From a virus, in the IMG/VR virus record IMGVR_UViG_3300020045_007008, positions 17,450-81,449 of that record: DNA of 64,000 nt. The stretch is one strand, 5' to 3'. Shown here piece after piece: positions 60,982-64,000 of the stretch (positions are counted from its first letter, which is position 1; every line of letters begins with the position of its first letter). Below the pieces are notes generated by a model. That model was not told where the DNA came from and did not search any database. It saw only the letters and a program-made list of their open reading frames with translations. The translations under genes were made by a program, and so were the position numbers.

Positions 60982-61827
60982 ATGAATAAAAATTATAATG
61001 TCGGTGTTCTCACATTTGAGCAATATCATGGAAGAAAAAATCTAGGGTCATCTAGAATCAGGGGGCATTGGCTAGTAGATAATTGGTCAGAAGCAGAACT
61101 ATTTAAAATGGGTAAAGAATATAATGTGGTAATCTATCAGAAAGCATATTTTATAGAACACGCAAAAACATTTAATGGTATAAAGATACTTGACTTATGT
61201 GACCCAGATTGGCTAAGTTGGCAATATAGAGTTAAAGAGATGATTGATTTATGTCATGCAGTAACAACATCTACCGAAGCATTGGCGATAGCACTGAGAA
61301 GAATAACAGATAAGCCAGTTTTATGTATTCCGGATAGAGTTGATTTAAGTAAATTTAAAGAAAAGAAAATACATAATGGTGATGCGACAAAAGTATGTTG
61401 GTATGGATATAGTGAAAATTTTGAAATAATAAAACCAGTATTATCTATTCTAAGTAAAAATAAATTAGAATTATCGGTAATATCAGATGGTCAATTTAAT
61501 TTACCTAATATATATAGTGATAAAATAAATGTTGAGAACATAAAATGGAATGCAGATACAGTTAACCAGAATATACTTAGGTCAGATTTTGTTATTAATC
61601 CTCATGGAAATTATGGTAGATGGAAATTTAAAAGTAATAATAAAACACTGACTGCTTGGGCAATAGGTATGCCAGTAGCAGAAAATAGTGAACAATTATA
61701 TAGATTCATTAAATGTGAAGAAAGAATAAAAGAGATTGAAATAAGAACTAAAGAACTTAAAGAACTATGGTCTATCGAAAAAAGTATTGAGGAATATAAA
61801 AAACTTATCGGCGATGTGAGTAAATAA
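60982..61827 (+). CDS. Divergent GT-B glycosyltransferase-like protein
   Basis: SSRIRG, D.CD, TST..L, W.GY..N, KSNNK...WA.G.PV. Confidence 0.65.
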   Translation: MNKNYNVGVLTFEQYHGRKNLGSSRIRGHWLVDNWSEAELFKMGKEYNVVIYQKAYFIEHAKTFNGIKILDLCDPDWLSWQYRVKEMIDLCHAVTTSTEALAIALRRITDKPVLCIPDRVDLSKFKEKKIHNGDATKVCWYGYSENFEIIKPVLSILSKNKLELSVISDGQFNLPNIYSDKINVENIKWNADTVNQNILRSDFVINPHGNYGRWKFKSNNKTLTAWAIGMPVAENSEQLYRFIKCEERIKEIEIRTKELKELWSIEKSIEEYKKLIGDVSK

Positions 61828-61845
61828 AAATATAATATTTATAAC

Positions 61846-62031
61846 ATGCAATATATTTGGCATTGTCCGGGTGACGACTGTAAAGATAATGGAACAATAC
61901 TTTTTAAAACAAATAAACCATTCTTACAAGATGGTGAAATCAAGTGTCAGAAGTGTAAAAAAATATATACTTTTCAAGATATTGAGAAATTTAACATCAA
62001 AAATATTCAATTCTATTTTAGTCAATTTTAA
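61846..62031 (+). CDS. Zn-ribbon protein (Com-like)
   Basis: CP...C....LFK...EIKCQKCK, just upstream of the portal gene. Confidence 0.5.
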   Translation: MQYIWHCPGDDCKDNGTILFKTNKPFLQDGEIKCQKCKKIYTFQDIEKFNIKNIQFYFSQF

Positions 62032-62032
62032 A

Positions 62033-62088
62033 TCACTAATATTAACTATTATTTAGATATTGACTTTTTCTGAGAAATATTATATAAT
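62033..62088 (+). promoter_or_regulatory. TCACTAATATTAA + sigma70 promoter of the head operon
   Basis: Motif at 62033; TTGACT 62060-17 nt-TATAAT. Confidence 0.8.
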
Positions 62089-62160
62089 TATAGTATATAA
62101 TATAAAATTTAATATAATAGGCAAAGTGTATATTTTTTAAGGAAGATATATTAAAACACG

Positions 62161-62206
62161 AAACCTTTATCTCATGGGATTAAAACTAATGGGATAAAGG
62201 TTTTTT
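62161..62206 (+). terminator. Terminator-like hairpin directly before the portal start
   Basis: AAACCTTTATCTCAT pairs with ATGGGATAAAGGTTT, followed by a T run. Confidence 0.6.
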
Positions 62207-62208
62207 AT

Positions 62209-64000
62209 ATGTCGATTTTGCAAAATTTATTAAGATTATTCAAACAAGAATCAGAGCAAGAGCAACCAAAATCAGTAACCGGTATGGAAGCATATGGTTT
62301 TGATAGTATTGGGCAAACACAAGCGAAGGGGAAAAAATATTTAGACGAAATGCGAGGATGGGTTGGTGCATGTGTAAATGCTATATCTGATGAAGTAGCA
62401 TCCATAAATATCAAACTATATAAATATACAAATTCAGGAGTAGAAGAAATTCATGAGCACCCACTCTTAGATTTGATATATAAAGTAAATAATTATACTA
62501 CAAAATTTGACCACTTCTGGTTGACACAATCTTATCTAGAATTATGTGGTGAAAGCCCTTGGTTTATTGATAGACAGAATGGAAAAGTAAAGGCAATATA
62601 TTTTTTAAGACCAGATAAAATATCATTAGTCATAGACTCATCAAAGTTAATAGCAGGATATAAATATGATATTGGTAATGGTAAACAAATACCATTAGAA
62701 ACCAATGAAGTAATATTCATAAAATATCCAAATCCAGCCAAGCCATTTCGTGGTCTTGGTACTTTAGAGATGGCTAGCACATCAGTAGATGTTGATAATT
62801 ATTCTGAAGAATGGAATAAAACATTTTATCAAAATTCAGCACACCCAGATTCAGTATTGAAAGTTAAGGTGTCACAGATGGATGAACAACAGAGAGAAAT
62901 GTTAAAGAAAAGTCTGAAAGCAAATTATGAATCATTAAAGAATTCTCATAAAACAATGGTACTTTTTGGTGATATGGAATTTGAAAAATTATCATCAACA
63001 CAGAAGGATATGGATTTTCTTGAACAACAAAAGTTTTCAAGAGATAAAATTTTAGGAATATTCAGAGTCCCAAAAGCTATTCTATCACAAACAGACGGCG
63101 TCCAATATGCAGCAGCAAAAGCGGCATATTATATTTTTTCAAGATTTACAATCAAACCAAAAATGACAAGACTCATTGAACAATTGAATGAGTTTTTATT
63201 ACCTCTTTTTCCGGGAACAGAAAGAATGTTTTTTGATTTTGTGAGTCCAGTTCCAGAAGATGATGAAATGATATTAAAAAAATACGAAAGTGCATTAAAA
63301 TCTGGTTGGATGACGATAAATGAAGTCAGAGAAAAAGAAGGATTAGAGCCAGTAGATGGCGGTGATGTCATATATATGCCAATGAATGTAGTTGCATTAG
63401 GTACTACAGTAGACACTAATCAAGATAATAAGAATTATGGGGATAGAATAAAGGCAATGAGGGCTAGAAACAAAACATATTTTGAAATAGAAAAGGAAAT
63501 AGAAAAAATAAGAAAAGAAATGGTTGATAAAGTAAAATGTGGAATAAAGAAAAAACTACAGAATAACAATATAGAAAGAAAATTAACAGAAGAGGATAAG
63601 ATGAAAGTTTGGGTCAAGAAAGATGCATTATTCAATAAATATCTAAAACAAGTAAAAGACGGACAAATAGAAATTTTCAGAGAGCAAAGAAAATATGTTA
63701 TTGGTAAATTAAATAAAAGTAAACTAATTAAATCAGCATCTAATGATATATATAATGAAATAAAGTTAGATGAGAAGACTGAAATAGCAAGAACATTAAA
63801 AATTGAATTTCCATTCTTATCTGAATTATATATAGAAGCAGGTAATGAAGCATTTGAATTATTAGAAGTTGAAATGCAAATGGAACTGACAAAAGAAATT
63901 CAAAAATTAATAAAAGCTGATATTAGAAAATTTGCAACATCAGTAACAGAAACAACAAATAATACTATAAAGAATTTAGTGATTGATACTATAGGTGGAG
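62209..64000 (+). CDS. HK97-family portal protein with C-terminal extension (possible Mu gpF-like fusion); 3' truncated and absent from the ORF track
   Basis: WV.ACVNAI, HPLL, LRPD, RGLG.L, DMDFLE....RD.I..IFRVP and GWMTINEVR..EGL.P..GGD; the frame stays open to the window end. Confidence 0.9.
   Translation, partial: MSILQNLLRLFKQESEQEQPKSVTGMEAYGFDSIGQTQAKGKKYLDEMRGWVGACVNAISDEVASINIKLYKYTNSGVEEIHEHPLLDLIYKVNNYTTKFDHFWLTQSYLELCGESPWFIDRQNGKVKAIYFLRPDKISLVIDSSKLIAGYKYDIGNGKQIPLETNEVIFIKYPNPAKPFRGLGTLEMASTSVDVDNYSEEWNKTFYQNSAHPDSVLKVKVSQMDEQQREMLKKSLKANYESLKNSHKTMVLFGDMEFEKLSSTQKDMDFLEQQKFSRDKILGIFRVPKAILSQTDGVQYAAAKAAYYIFSRFTIKPKMTRLIEQLNEFLLPLFPGTERMFFDFVSPVPEDDEMILKKYESALKSGWMTINEVREKEGLEPVDGGDVIYMPMNVVALGTTVDTNQDNKNYGDRIKAMRARNKTYFEIEKEIEKIRKEMVDKVKCGIKKKLQNNNIERKLTEEDKMKVWVKKDALFNKYLKQVKDGQIEIFREQRKYVIGKLNKSKLIKSASNDIYNEIKLDEKTEIARTLKIEFPFLSELYIEAGNEAFELLEVEMQMELTKEIQKLIKADIRKFATSVTETTNNTIKNLVIDTIGG

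Noticed and set aside
925-63635. All minus-strand ORFs in the supplied track
   Set aside because: They are short shadows of longer plus-strand genes, rich in F/I/L/S and without motifs; promoters and leaders all point to the plus strand.
1-64000. Genome-wide stop codon reassignment
   Set aside because: Long conserved genes are intact in code 11 and end at TAA, TGA or TAG in expected places; only two small ORFs have internal stops.

Overview
AT-rich, essentially single-strand (+) segment of a large tailed dsDNA phage genome, read in genetic code 11. Most genes have AT-rich leaders without Shine-Dalgarno sites, which suggests a CPR/Patescibacteria- or Bacteroidota-like host (inference). Gene order: tail genes; phosphoesterase; lysis cassette; early small genes with structured noncoding elements; replication module (initiator, primpol-helicase, nuclease, SMC-like ATPase, beta clamp, PolB); auxiliary genes (SprT, Fic, resolvase); RNA repair genes with tRNAs; a 7-deazaguanine DNA-modification operon (queD, queE, PRTase, queC, folE, GNAT, queF, dpdA-like); terminases; a 17 kb glycosyl/methyltransferase island; and a portal gene running off the window end. 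The strongest candidate new system is a GNAT inside the preQ1/DpdA operon. GNAT, DpdA and PolB all end in a QNxLF clamp-binding motif, and the phage encodes its own beta clamp, which suggests replication-coupled synthesis of an N-acylated preQ1 DNA base. Other highlights are tRNA-like expanded ncRNAs, long G-U-containing stems, a phased promoter cassette with DnaA boxes, a stand-alone glycyl-radical peptide and apparent GATC avoidance. All calls come from reading motifs by eye; no searches or folding programs were run.
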